From: an uncultured delta proteobacterium
Lineage (GTDB): Bacteria > Myxococcota_A > Polyangia > Polyangiales > Houyiibacteriaceae
Assembly (NCBI GenBank): GCA_963699755.1
Contig: CAVOVB010000002.1
Coordinates: 32,001-96,000, forward strand
Direction of reading: 5' to 3'
Length of the DNA: 64,000 bases
Shown here: piece after piece, positions 48,491 to 57,969 of the stretch
Position numbering within the stretch: position 1 is the stretch's first letter
How the letters are laid out: each line of letters begins with the position of its first letter
Notes under the pieces: generated by a model
What the model saw: the letters and a program-made list of their open reading frames with translations, nothing else
Told to the model about the DNA's origin: nothing
The model's database searches: none
Translations under genes and position numbers: made by a program

Positions 48491-50308
48491 ATGCCGACGT
48501 GGATGGATATTCTCCTTATTGCTTTCTTATTCTCAGCGCTCCTCGCGCCCTACATCTTCTACCCACTTCTGGTCCGGTACGTGATTCCGCCGAAGACACG
48601 AAGTGACGCTCGGACCGCCCAGGCCTTGCCCCCGGTGAGTGTGCTGATCCCGGCACACAATGAGGCCGCTCGACTAGGCCAGAAGCTACAAAACACGCTG
48701 GCGCTCTCCTACCCGCGCAACCGCATGGAGGTGCTGGTCGCATCAGACGGCTCCGGTGACCAGACCGCCGAGGTCGCGCGCGCGTACGAAAGCTCGGGAG
48801 TGCGCGTGTTGGAGCTACGTGAGCGAGGCGGCAAGCTCGCGGCACTGAAGCATTTGCTCGAGCAGGCGCGAGGCGAGATCGTTTTGTTCACCGACGTCGG
48901 CGCCGACTTGCCACAGAACACGGTCTCCGAGCTCGTCGACGAGCTTGTAGACCCCGACGTGGTCGTGGCCATGCCCCGCTACGTGTCCGTCGGACAGGAT
49001 GGGACTGAAAGCGCCGCCACCGACGGGGTATATTGGAGTCGCGAGACGCGCTTGAAGGAGCTCGAATCGAAGCGCGACATGCTGCTTGGTGCGCACGGCG
49101 CATGCTACATCATGCGCCGGGAATCGATTGTCGAGGTCCCATCCGACACAATTCACGACGATCTGGTTTGGCCCTTGCTTGCCCACGCAGCTGGTGGACG
49201 CATCGTCTATCGTTCCGACCTCGTGGTCTCAGACCTGGCTCCCACTCGCCTTTCCACCATTTTCGAGCGAACGGCGCGCATGGCGCATGGCAATCTTCAG
49301 GTGCTCTGGCGCTACCGTCGGCTGCTGAGCCCGCGCCACGCGCGAATCGCGGTGAGCCTCATCGGCCACAAACTTCTGAAGTCTCTGGGTCCGGTTTGGA
49401 TTTTGGCGCTTGCGTTCTGGGTCAATTTCCGCGCCTTGACCGAATCGGTGTTGGTCCCACTTGCGATCGCCGGTGACCTCTTGCTTCTCGTGCTCGTCGC
49501 ATCTGCGCTCTGGCGCGGCGCAGGCCTTCCACTGCCCCGAAGCCTCGGACTGGGTGTGCATGCGCTGGTGGCACAATCAGGCTGCGCGCTGGGGATCCTT
49601 CGTTTTCCCTTCGGAGCCAACGGAACGCGTTGGCGTCGTCCACCCGAAAACGACGTCCTGGAGTTGCATCGCCCAGCCCTTCCGCCCCCCTCGGTACGAA
49701 TCGCGAAGCGCACCCTGGACGTCGTCGGAAGCTCCGTCGGTCTCTTGCTCGCACTGCCCTTGATTCCGCTCATCGCCCTGGCGATTCGTGTGAGCTCGCC
49801 AGGCCCCATCCTGTACCGACAGGAGCGGGTCGCGAAAGACTATATGGGACGTCCGTACGGCTTTGCGATCTGGAAGTTCCGAACGATGCGAGTCGACGCG
49901 GAGGCCGACGGCGAGGCGGTCTGGGCACAGGAGAGCGATCCGCGCGTGACCGCGGTGGGCGCGTTCCTTCGAAAGCTCCGGCTCGACGAGATACCTCAGC
50001 TCGCCCAGGTGCTCCGGGGCGATATGACCTTGATCGGCCCTCGCCCGGAGCGGCCCTCGATTACCGACACGCTGTCGCTTCAGCTGCCCGGTTATGATGA
50101 TCGACATCCGCCGTGCAAGCCTGGAATCACCGGCTGGGCCCAGGTCCACACCGGCTACGACACCTCGGTCGAGAGCGTGCGCGAAAAATTACTCTACGAC
50201 TTCACGTACAACGCCCACCTCTACGGGCTCCGCAGCTACCTAGCGATGGAGCTGCGCGTCATCCTGCTCACGGTTGCGGTGATCATCAACCGAAGGGGCG
50301 CGCACTGA
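48491..50308 (+). CDS. Fusion of GT2 glycosyltransferase and priming phosphoglycosyl (Bac_transf) transferase
   Basis: N-half VSVLIPAHNE, VASDGSGD, FTDV, DTIHDDL; C-half AKRTLDV, KFRTM, DPRVT..GAFLRKLRLDEIPQ, GPRPERP and KPGITGWAQV; one continuous ORF. Confidence 0.9.
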   Translation: MPTWMDILLIAFLFSALLAPYIFYPLLVRYVIPPKTRSDARTAQALPPVSVLIPAHNEAARLGQKLQNTLALSYPRNRMEVLVASDGSGDQTAEVARAYESSGVRVLELRERGGKLAALKHLLEQARGEIVLFTDVGADLPQNTVSELVDELVDPDVVVAMPRYVSVGQDGTESAATDGVYWSRETRLKELESKRDMLLGAHGACYIMRRESIVEVPSDTIHDDLVWPLLAHAAGGRIVYRSDLVVSDLAPTRLSTIFERTARMAHGNLQVLWRYRRLLSPRHARIAVSLIGHKLLKSLGPVWILALAFWVNFRALTESVLVPLAIAGDLLLLVLVASALWRGAGLPLPRSLGLGVHALVAQSGCALGILRFPFGANGTRWRRPPENDVLELHRPALPPPSVRIAKRTLDVVGSSVGLLLALPLIPLIALAIRVSSPGPILYRQERVAKDYMGRPYGFAIWKFRTMRVDAEADGEAVWAQESDPRVTAVGAFLRKLRLDEIPQLAQVLRGDMTLIGPRPERPSITDTLSLQLPGYDDRHPPCKPGITGWAQVHTGYDTSVESVREKLLYDFTYNAHLYGLRSYLAMELRVILLTVAVIINRRGAH

Positions 50309-50312
50309 CCGT

Positions 50313-51782
50313 TCAGCGAAGCCCGTACTTCTCGAGCTTTCGATAGAGCGTCGTCCGACCGATCCCTAGCGCTTTGGCCGCTTCGGTCAGGCGGCCATTC
50401 TTGTCACGGAGCGCCCGTTTCACGGCCCAGCGCTCTACGGCTTCCAAGGACAGTGGTAGCTCCTCGAGGGATCTTGGCGTGGGTCGTGCCCGTAACTCTT
50501 CCTCCGCGCGCATACTTGGGGCTTCCAGGCCGTTGACGACCGTGTCCCCGTCACCTGGGGCCGAAATGTTCGACTCGGGCAATCTCGATGACCGCGCGTA
50601 GTGATCCCGAACCCGAACCGGCAGGTCTTGAAGGTCGATTTCGTTACCGGTGGCGAGCACGGCAGCGCACTGCAAGATGTTCTCGAGCTCCCGGACGTTT
50701 CCCGGGAAAGGGTAGCGCTCCAGGGCACACATCGCTCGCGCGCTCAAGCGCAAAGGCTGCGCGCCAAGGCTGTTGCAAAGGTCTCCGAGGAGCCTCGGCA
50801 CCAGCAGGGAGAGGTCACCATCGCGCATCCGCAGTGCCGGGAGCTCGATCTCGAAGACGACGATCCGGAAGTAGAGATCTTCGCGAAAACGGTTGGTCTC
50901 AACCATGTCGCGCAGGTTGCGATGTGTCGCGGTGATCAGACGAAAGTCGCTCTCGACCGTGCGAATCCCGCCCAGACGGTCGAAACTACGCTCCTGCAGC
51001 ACCCGCAAGAGTTTGGCTTGCACGGCAAGGGACAGCTCGGCGACCTCGTCGAGAAAAAGCGTGCCACCGTCCGCGCGCTCGAAGCAGCCGGCCCTCGCCT
51101 TATGTGCGCCGGTAAAGGAGCCCCGCTCGTGTCCAAAGAGCTCCGAGTCCTGCAACGACTCGGGGATCGCAGCGCAATTGATCGCAACGAAGGGTCCGCC
51201 CGCGCGTCGACTGTTCTCGTGGATAGCGCGGGCGATGAGCTCCTTGCCGGTTCCGCTATCTCCGCGAATCAAGACGCTGATGTCGCGGCCGGCGATGCGA
51301 TCAACTTGACGAAACACCTCACGCATCCGTGGAGACCGGCCAATCACGCCCGCGTAAGAAACCTCCTCAGCGGGGTCATCGATTCGCGCCGAAGCGCGTT
51401 CGTCTGACGATCGCAGGGCGCGATGGATGGAGGACAACAATCTGCCGCGGTCGACCGGCTTGGTCAGGTAGTCGGAGGCCCCAGCTCGCATGGCGTCTAC
51501 GATCGACTCTGCCGAGGCCTCGGCGGTGAGCACCAGCACTGGAACGCTCGGGTGTTGTCGGAGGGACGCATCGAGCGCCTCCCAAGCGCCGATTCCTGGT
51601 AGGCTGAGATCCAGGCAGACTAAATCGGGCAAGGTGGTGTCGAGGCTGTCCAGGAAGCTCTCCGCATCCCAGCATTGGGCTGTGCGCAGGCCCGCGTCGT
51701 TCAGCCATCCTGTGACGAGCGTGCGCTGATCAGCATCGTGCTCGGCGAAGACGACCAATGGGCCACCTCGAAATGACTCCAT
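50313..51782 (-). CDS. Sigma54-dependent response regulator (REC-AAA+-Fis; NtrC/SypG-like)
   Basis: GAGGAG RBS; DLVCLD and YLTKP receiver; GDSGTGKE, ELFGHERGSFTGA, FLDEV, FREDLYFR; HTH AAKALGIGRTTLYRKL. Confidence 0.95.
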   Translation of the reverse strand: MESFRGGPLVVFAEHDADQRTLVTGWLNDAGLRTAQCWDAESFLDSLDTTLPDLVCLDLSLPGIGAWEALDASLRQHPSVPVLVLTAEASAESIVDAMRAGASDYLTKPVDRGRLLSSIHRALRSSDERASARIDDPAEEVSYAGVIGRSPRMREVFRQVDRIAGRDISVLIRGDSGTGKELIARAIHENSRRAGGPFVAINCAAIPESLQDSELFGHERGSFTGAHKARAGCFERADGGTLFLDEVAELSLAVQAKLLRVLQERSFDRLGGIRTVESDFRLITATHRNLRDMVETNRFREDLYFRIVVFEIELPALRMRDGDLSLLVPRLLGDLCNSLGAQPLRLSARAMCALERYPFPGNVRELENILQCAAVLATGNEIDLQDLPVRVRDHYARSSRLPESNISAPGDGDTVVNGLEAPSMRAEEELRARPTPRSLEELPLSLEAVERWAVKRALRDKNGRLTEAAKALGIGRTTLYRKLEKYGLR

Positions 51783-51961
51783 GGTGGGCACTCCTCGTGG
51801 TTCTGCCTCTTCGAACGTGACGAAAAAGCGGGGGGACGAACACTGTCCGATCAGACGTCCCGAATTGCAACGGCGAACGGCGGAGAAGTTCCGTTCCGGG
51901 ACTCTTCTGCAGAAATGGGCAGGCCCCTTGCACCTTCAGGGCGAATTAATGCGCTATGTTT

Positions 51962-53779
51962 TCACCAGACGGCGCCGCTGGCGTGGAGAGCTCGCGGATA
52001 GCTCGCGATCACCTCGCTCGCGCGAGCGGCGTGATAGGCGATCAATTGAAGCGGCACGGCGAGCACGAGCGGGGACCAAATGGGGTCGATTCGGCTCGCT
52101 TCGATGCACTGCAGGCCATCTCGCTTTGCGACGACTGCGGTGCGCGAGTCACCCAGCAAAATAGGTTCCCCCCCTCGCGCGATGACCTCATGCACGTCGG
52201 ACAAGGTATGATCGAAGGTCTCATCGTGCGGCGCAACGACGACCACCGGCGTGCCTGGCTCGGTCAACGCGCTCGGACGGTGTTTGAGCTCCCCGCCCGC
52301 AAGACCTTCAGCTGGCACATCGGCAAGCGTCTCGACGGTGAGCGCACCTGCTTGGGCGAGCGGATAGTTCTTGCCCCGCCCCAAGTATAGGCCACGGTTC
52401 TTCTCGGCTATCCGACGACCGACCGCGACACACTGATCTTCCTGCTCGAGCGCGCTCTTGATGGCCTGCGGCACGCCGAAAATCGAAGCGGTGATTACGT
52501 CGCTTTTCGCCACCCCATCGCGTCGCTGTCGAATGACGATTGATGCCGCTGCAAGTGCGCAGAGCGTAGCCGTGAAGGCGTTGGTGGATGGGATTCCGAC
52601 CTCATGGCCTGATCTGCAGTCGAGCACCGCGTCGGCCTCTCGGACCAGTGCGCTCGACGTCACGTTGACCAGGGCGACCGTCGGAACGTTTCGCTGTTGC
52701 AAGTACCTGAGCGCTTCGAGTGTGTCCGCGTCTTCTTCCACCTGGGAAACCAGAAGCGCCATGGTCCCCTCCATAAAGACTGCATCGCGGGTCTTGAGCT
52801 CCGAGCTCAGCTCGAGCTCGACCGGGATGCCGGCGATCTGTTCCAGCCAAGCCCGGCCAACATGCGCCGCATGGTGCGAAGCGCCGTTCCCGACCGCGAG
52901 GATTCGGTCCGCTCGCCATAGCGGCCCGCACCAGCAATCCAGCTCGCCGGAATTCATATCGCGCTCGAGCTCGAGCAAGGTGCGGCCTAGGATTACGGGT
53001 AGGTCTTCGATCTCTTCGCGGACGAAGTTGGTGACGACCGTCCCGCTCTGCCGCGTCTCGGCTGAGCTCACGATTCGAGTCCAGCGAGGGACGATCTGCT
53101 CGAGATGCGAGCCGAAGATGCGGACCTGACCCGGGCAGAGCTCGGCAATCTGTCCGTCGTCGAGGGACACGAATTCGCTCGCGACCCGGCCCAGAACGAT
53201 GGGGTCGGAGGCCAGCCAGGAGGCGCCACCCGCCCGCGCCGCGGCGAGTGGATTGCCGCGCCGCGCCGCGTATAGGCAATCGTCGTACTGCGTGCAGATC
53301 ATGCCAAGCGCAAAGGACCCTTGCAGCTTGGGAAGCACAGTCCGCAATGCCGTAATTGGGTGAGCGCGATTGGCGAGCTCTCTGTCCAGCAGCCACACGA
53401 TTACTTCGCTGTCGGTGTCGCTTCGGAACTGGACGCCCTCATGCTCCAGCGCGGCCCGAAGCTCTGCATGGTTTTCGACGACCCCGTTGTGAACGATGGC
53501 GACTCTCGAGCTGGCATGTGGATGGGCGTTGTGTCGAGAAGAGTCGCCATGTGTAGCCGAGCGCAAGTGGCCGAGAACGGTCGTCGAACTGATCGGCTCA
53601 TCTGAAAGCAGCGTCTCCAAGAACGACAGAGGTCCCGTTGCCCTTCGCCTCTGAATCTGGCGGTCGGTCAAGACCCCCAAACCGGCCGAATCACAGCCCC
53701 AGTGCTCCAAATCGGCCAAGCCGTGCATCACACTGGGCACCACGTTGTCATGTGCTGTCGCACAGAAAATCCCACCCAT
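51962..53779 (-). CDS. glmS: Full-length GlmS (glutamine:fructose-6-P amidotransferase) paralog lacking catalytic residues
   Basis: GCDSAG, LGHLRSATHG, NAHPH, VHNGVVEN, SDTDSEVI, LYLGRG, GGELKH and PLQLIAYH; begins MGGIF and ends PRALHASGAVW. Confidence 0.85.
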   Translation of the reverse strand: MGGIFCATAHDNVVPSVMHGLADLEHWGCDSAGLGVLTDRQIQRRRATGPLSFLETLLSDEPISSTTVLGHLRSATHGDSSRHNAHPHASSRVAIVHNGVVENHAELRAALEHEGVQFRSDTDSEVIVWLLDRELANRAHPITALRTVLPKLQGSFALGMICTQYDDCLYAARRGNPLAAARAGGASWLASDPIVLGRVASEFVSLDDGQIAELCPGQVRIFGSHLEQIVPRWTRIVSSAETRQSGTVVTNFVREEIEDLPVILGRTLLELERDMNSGELDCWCGPLWRADRILAVGNGASHHAAHVGRAWLEQIAGIPVELELSSELKTRDAVFMEGTMALLVSQVEEDADTLEALRYLQQRNVPTVALVNVTSSALVREADAVLDCRSGHEVGIPSTNAFTATLCALAAASIVIRQRRDGVAKSDVITASIFGVPQAIKSALEQEDQCVAVGRRIAEKNRGLYLGRGKNYPLAQAGALTVETLADVPAEGLAGGELKHRPSALTEPGTPVVVVAPHDETFDHTLSDVHEVIARGGEPILLGDSRTAVVAKRDGLQCIEASRIDPIWSPLVLAVPLQLIAYHAARASEVIASYPRALHASGAVW

Positions 53780-53833
53780 TTGGATCCTTGAAGTTGGAGA
53801 GTCCGAACCAATCCCGCTTGAACTCTCGAGACC

Positions 53834-53850
53834 TGCGAAAACCGGGCCAG
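53834..53850 (-). promoter_or_regulatory. Sigma54 promoter for the GlmS paralog
   Basis: Minus strand CTGGCCCGGTTTTCGCA = GG-N10-GC; motif copies at 53902 and 53943. Confidence 0.65.
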
Positions 53851-53966
53851 TCGTCCTGGGGACCCTTTGCGTTTCACAAGCGAACGCCGTGATGCGCTAG
53901 TGTACCGAATAGGGGCGGGGCCCATGCCGTCCGGTAGAAGCCGTTTCAATTCGGACGTCGGCGGGA

Positions 53967-55811
53967 CTACCCACCCACGGGTGCCGGCGCCCTCGCCTCC
54001 CCTTCAGCCAGGAGTTGGAACTGCGGATGGGTGGCGCGCAGTTCCTCGAAGGTTCCCTCTCCCGTGACGACGCCATTTTCGAGAAAGTAGATCGTGTCAC
54101 AGTTCTTCACCGAGGTCAGCCGGTGCGCGATGATGATGACCGTCTTGTTCGGTGCGAGTGTGTCCAATGCTTCCATGACTAGCTTTTCAGTGACGTTGTC
54201 CAATGCACTGGTGGCCTCGTCCAAGATGAGGACGTCGGGATCATGGTAGAGCGCTCGCGCGATTCCTACGCGCTGACGCTGGCCGCCGGAGAGACGAACG
54301 CCGCGCTCACCTGCACGACTCTCGTACTTCCGCGGGAATTCATTGGCTACGAATGCATGGAGGTTGGCGAGCTCCGCAACGGCTTCGACCCTGTCTTGGT
54401 CGATCTGGTCCTTTGGGACTCCAAATGCGATGTTTCCAGCAATGCTCGTGTCCGCCAGGAAAATGCTTTGCGGAACGTACCCAATCGAAGCCTGCCAAGC
54501 ACGAACTTGCCTTTCCTCTATTTCCGCTCCGTCCACCAAGAGCGAGCCGTTCGTCGGCCGGAGCAGTCCTAGTATGATGTCGACTGTGGTCGTCTTGCCT
54601 GAGCCGGTGGAGCCGACGAATCCGACCTTCGAGCCGGCCACGATGCGCAGGCTCATGCGCTTGAGCGTCGGGGCGTCGCTACCAGGATACCGATAGACCA
54701 GATCGCAGAACTCGAGCTGTTTGGTCAGCCTGACCCGCGATTCGACTTCTCGGCCGGCATCCGCGCTCTTCGGGCTGCTTCTTGGTTCTCTGCTGAGACG
54801 TAGCGGGCCCTCCAATGACGTGAGCGCTGCCGTGGAGAACTCCATTTCCGCCAAATGCGCATAGATCCTCTGAAGGGCTGGCATCATTTTGTACCCGGCG
54901 AAGGCATAGAGCCCAATCACCGGCAGGCCTGCGGCAAAGCTCCCCTCGGTTGCGAGCACATAGAGAATCACCAGCAGCATGCCGCCGAAGATGATGGCCT
55001 GCATGGCGATGGACGGCACTTGTCCGAGCACTTTCGACCGAATCATCGCATCGCACATGCGACGTGACACCGAGTCGAATCGCTCGGCAAAGAATGCTTC
55101 GGCATGCAGGACCTTGACTTCTTTGATCCCCGCAAAGGCTTCGGACAAGACGTGATAGCGGGCCTGGTTTGACTCGAGCCAGGCCTCACCGGCTTGGAGG
55201 ATCCGAGACCGAAGGAAACGATAGGTGAAAACGTATGCCCCGCCGAGGACGAGGACAGTCGTAGCAGCCAATACGGGATCGACGATGATCAGGAAGGCGA
55301 ACACGAACAAGGCAACGAGTGCGTTGCTCGCGATCATGAGCAGCGGCAAGACGGCGTGGAAGATCGCTTGATTGACCTCGTTGATGGTGGTCGCAGAGAG
55401 CTCCGAAGTGTGCCTCGCGAGGAACCATTCATAGGGCTGCCGGAGATAGGTCTCTACGATCCGGCAACTCCAAGAGTGCATCAGATTTCCCGCGTACCGA
55501 ACCTGCGCCCAAGCGACGAGCGCCTGCAGGCACAGAGCCGAGAGAACCAGAAAGAAGACCAATGCGCCGGTCAGGATCAGCAAATCGTCTGACGACGTAA
55601 TGCCGGTCCACGAGGATAGTGTCACAAGCGCAGAGTTCGACTGAATGAGATCGGGCGAGGAAAGAATTGCGAGGAACGGCATCATGGACGCAACCCCCGT
55701 GGCCTCGAGAAGTGCGAGGATGCCCATCAGGGACAAGACCTTGAGCGCTCCACGCCGTTCAGGGGGCGAAAGCAAGTCGTGAAGCTGGCGGAGAGAGTGA
55801 ATCAAGGACAC
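53967..55811 (-). CDS. ABC exporter, fused permease/ATPase (PglK/MsbA-like, possible lipid-linked glycan flippase)
   Basis: TM N-half (GVASMMPFL, YLRQPYEWF); GSTGSGKTT, LSGGQRQR, LILDEATSALD and IAHRL. Confidence 0.9.
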   Translation of the reverse strand: MSLIHSLRQLHDLLSPPERRGALKVLSLMGILALLEATGVASMMPFLAILSSPDLIQSNSALVTLSSWTGITSSDDLLILTGALVFFLVLSALCLQALVAWAQVRYAGNLMHSWSCRIVETYLRQPYEWFLARHTSELSATTINEVNQAIFHAVLPLLMIASNALVALFVFAFLIIVDPVLAATTVLVLGGAYVFTYRFLRSRILQAGEAWLESNQARYHVLSEAFAGIKEVKVLHAEAFFAERFDSVSRRMCDAMIRSKVLGQVPSIAMQAIIFGGMLLVILYVLATEGSFAAGLPVIGLYAFAGYKMMPALQRIYAHLAEMEFSTAALTSLEGPLRLSREPRSSPKSADAGREVESRVRLTKQLEFCDLVYRYPGSDAPTLKRMSLRIVAGSKVGFVGSTGSGKTTTVDIILGLLRPTNGSLLVDGAEIEERQVRAWQASIGYVPQSIFLADTSIAGNIAFGVPKDQIDQDRVEAVAELANLHAFVANEFPRKYESRAGERGVRLSGGQRQRVGIARALYHDPDVLILDEATSALDNVTEKLVMEALDTLAPNKTVIIIAHRLTSVKNCDTIYFLENGVVTGEGTFEELRATHPQFQLLAEGEARAPAPVGG

Positions 55812-55925
55812 GCAGTGTAGCCAACTGGAGCGCCCCCCCCAAGGTCTCGACCCGCCAGACAGCTCCCTCGGAAAGAAACCAGCGCGTCTCTGGCCTCCGA
55901 CGCTCGTAAACTGTACTTCACAGCT

Positions 55926-57554
55926 TCATTCCACCGTCAGCTGCGAGACCGGGTACCAGCCGTCCGCTCGACGCCCTGCGATGGCAAGCAACAGCGGCGG
56001 CAGTGCCTTGGTATCAGGCGCCGTGCCGTCGCGATCCAGGAGCGCGAGATCGATCTGATAGGTGCCCTTCGGTAGGTCCGAGGGAATGGCGATGGTATCG
56101 CGTACTTTCCAGCTACCAGGCAACCAGGTGCGAGTGTCCTGTGTGCTGCCGAGGATGATTTCCTTGGTCGGCCCGCGCAGACGGTAGGTCAGGACCCTCG
56201 GTAGATAGTGGGGTGCAACGCCAACATTGCGCCAGTCCGTCTTGAAGGTGGTGCGGCTGCCCACCGGGACGGTGCCCTGATGGTTGAAACGATCGACGAC
56301 AAACCGGTAGCCGTTCCGTTTGAGTAACTCGTCGATGGGGGCGACGTAGATCTCAGGCACCGGCTTAGATTTGGCGTTGAGCACGGAGGCGTGCTGCCTC
56401 AGGGCCCATTGAAACGACTTGTGGACCTCGCCGTTTGGCTTAAGGGCGGTCCAGCCGAGCTCGTGCCATCGCTCGAGCGTGCCGCAGATTTCGAGCTGGA
56501 CGGGCGCCTTCTTCCAGACATCGGTGAAGCCGGCGTCGGCAGCGGTGGCCGCGGCGATCATCGACGGATAGAGCTTGCCTTGGTGACTCCAGGAACCGCC
56601 CCACATTCCCCAGTCGCCCCAGCAGTCGGCGCGCCAGCCAGCGCCGCCCTGCGTGGCATGGAGCATGAGCCCCACGTTCTCTCGATCGAGCCCAAGCATG
56701 ACGACAGGAGTGTTGGAAAAGGCACGCAGGTGATGATCGATGAGCCGGGTTAGCGCCGTCACGATCTGCTGACGCTCCTTGTGGTTACCGGGCTTGTAAA
56801 CGTCGACGAGGCTCTCGGCGTTTGACAAACAAGCAGTGTTCCACTCTCCCCAGCAGCCAACCGTGCCGATATCGACATGGTCGACTGCGGGGTGCCCGTC
56901 GTAGCGGTCTCCAAGAGCGCTGATTAAACGGGCATGCTCGCGCTGAAACGTGGGGTCCCGATAGTCCGGCCAAAAGACGCGGCCGCCGTCGCCCTGACGC
57001 CACTGACCGGCGACGTCGTATGGAGCGCTGGTCAGCCAATCTGGAATTCCGGACTGCCCCTCGGCAACCGTCATCACGCGGAAGGACAGGGTCATCCCCA
57101 TCACGTTGGCGGATTGGATGGCCCGGTCGATCATCTCGAAGTCGATCTGTCCCCGCTTCGGCTCGAGATCTCGCCAGTGCCAGCGGAAATAGGCCGTGCC
57201 GGATTTGGGGTAGTTCTCGGGCCACTGTTTCTTCACGCGCGCTGCGCATTCCTTTGCGGAATAGGTGATCGGCGGCAGGTTGCACCACCAGCCGAAGTGG
57301 AAGCTGGCGAAGCCCATGCCCGGGTTGGTTAGGACGTCGTCGATGCGCGTGGGCTTGACGGTGATGGTGCCTGGCTCGGGAACGTCTGCTCTTGCCGGGG
57401 CGGGCTCCTCTGAGATGCCCTCGATCGCCTCCCGCGCTTGATCGCCATCGGTGTACGCCCGACAAGCATTGTAGGCGACCCCGGAAGCCACGGTGCCGAC
57501 GACGAGGAAGGCGAAAACGAAACGCGAAAAACCCCTGGAAGCTGCTCGAATCAA
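55926..57554 (-). CDS. Secreted/anchored glycoside hydrolase-like protein (GH42-like TIM barrel plus DUF4832-like C-terminus); start uncertain
   Basis: NPGMG, YFRWHWRDLEP..G.IDF, RYDGHP..VDIGTVGCWGEW, GYRFV and WRNVGVAP. Confidence 0.75.
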   Translation of the reverse strand: MIRAASRGFSRFVFAFLVVGTVASGVAYNACRAYTDGDQAREAIEGISEEPAPARADVPEPGTITVKPTRIDDVLTNPGMGFASFHFGWWCNLPPITYSAKECAARVKKQWPENYPKSGTAYFRWHWRDLEPKRGQIDFEMIDRAIQSANVMGMTLSFRVMTVAEGQSGIPDWLTSAPYDVAGQWRQGDGGRVFWPDYRDPTFQREHARLISALGDRYDGHPAVDHVDIGTVGCWGEWNTACLSNAESLVDVYKPGNHKERQQIVTALTRLIDHHLRAFSNTPVVMLGLDRENVGLMLHATQGGAGWRADCWGDWGMWGGSWSHQGKLYPSMIAAATAADAGFTDVWKKAPVQLEICGTLERWHELGWTALKPNGEVHKSFQWALRQHASVLNAKSKPVPEIYVAPIDELLKRNGYRFVVDRFNHQGTVPVGSRTTFKTDWRNVGVAPHYLPRVLTYRLRGPTKEIILGSTQDTRTWLPGSWKVRDTIAIPSDLPKGTYQIDLALLDRDGTAPDTKALPPLLLAIAGRRADGWYPVSQLTVE

Positions 57555-57969
57555 TTCATCGACCTCGTACCGAGCCTAGCATCGTGAACATTGTGGCGCA
57601 GAACGAGCCGCCGCATGCCCGGAGCAGGCTCTTCGTTCGAATCGGCACTGGCTTCTAAGCCGAGCTCGGCCTTGATGGGAGCTCGGAGCGCTGGGCCGGA
57701 GAATCAGATCAAGCAGCTGTGGTAGCGAACGTCCCTCGAGATCCGCCGCGAAATTCCATAGTTTGGACTCTCAGCGCCTCGAGTCTGGACTCCGACGAGA
57801 TGGGCCCTCCGCCGCGGCGGCTCGTTCGTTCGGCAAATCGTGCTGCTCGGCCCTCTTGCGACGACTTTCTCGATTTGAGACAGGCCGTTCGGGTCTACTC
57901 TCCGACAGCGAAGGACATCGGGACCCTTGCCGACCATCCGAGAAACTTCTAGATCCAACAAGGACCCCC

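Noticed and set aside
57596..57610. Fifth sigma54 promoter upstream of the hydrolase gene
   Set aside because: GG-N10-GC is present on the minus strand, but it lacks the TTGC context and the paired motif.
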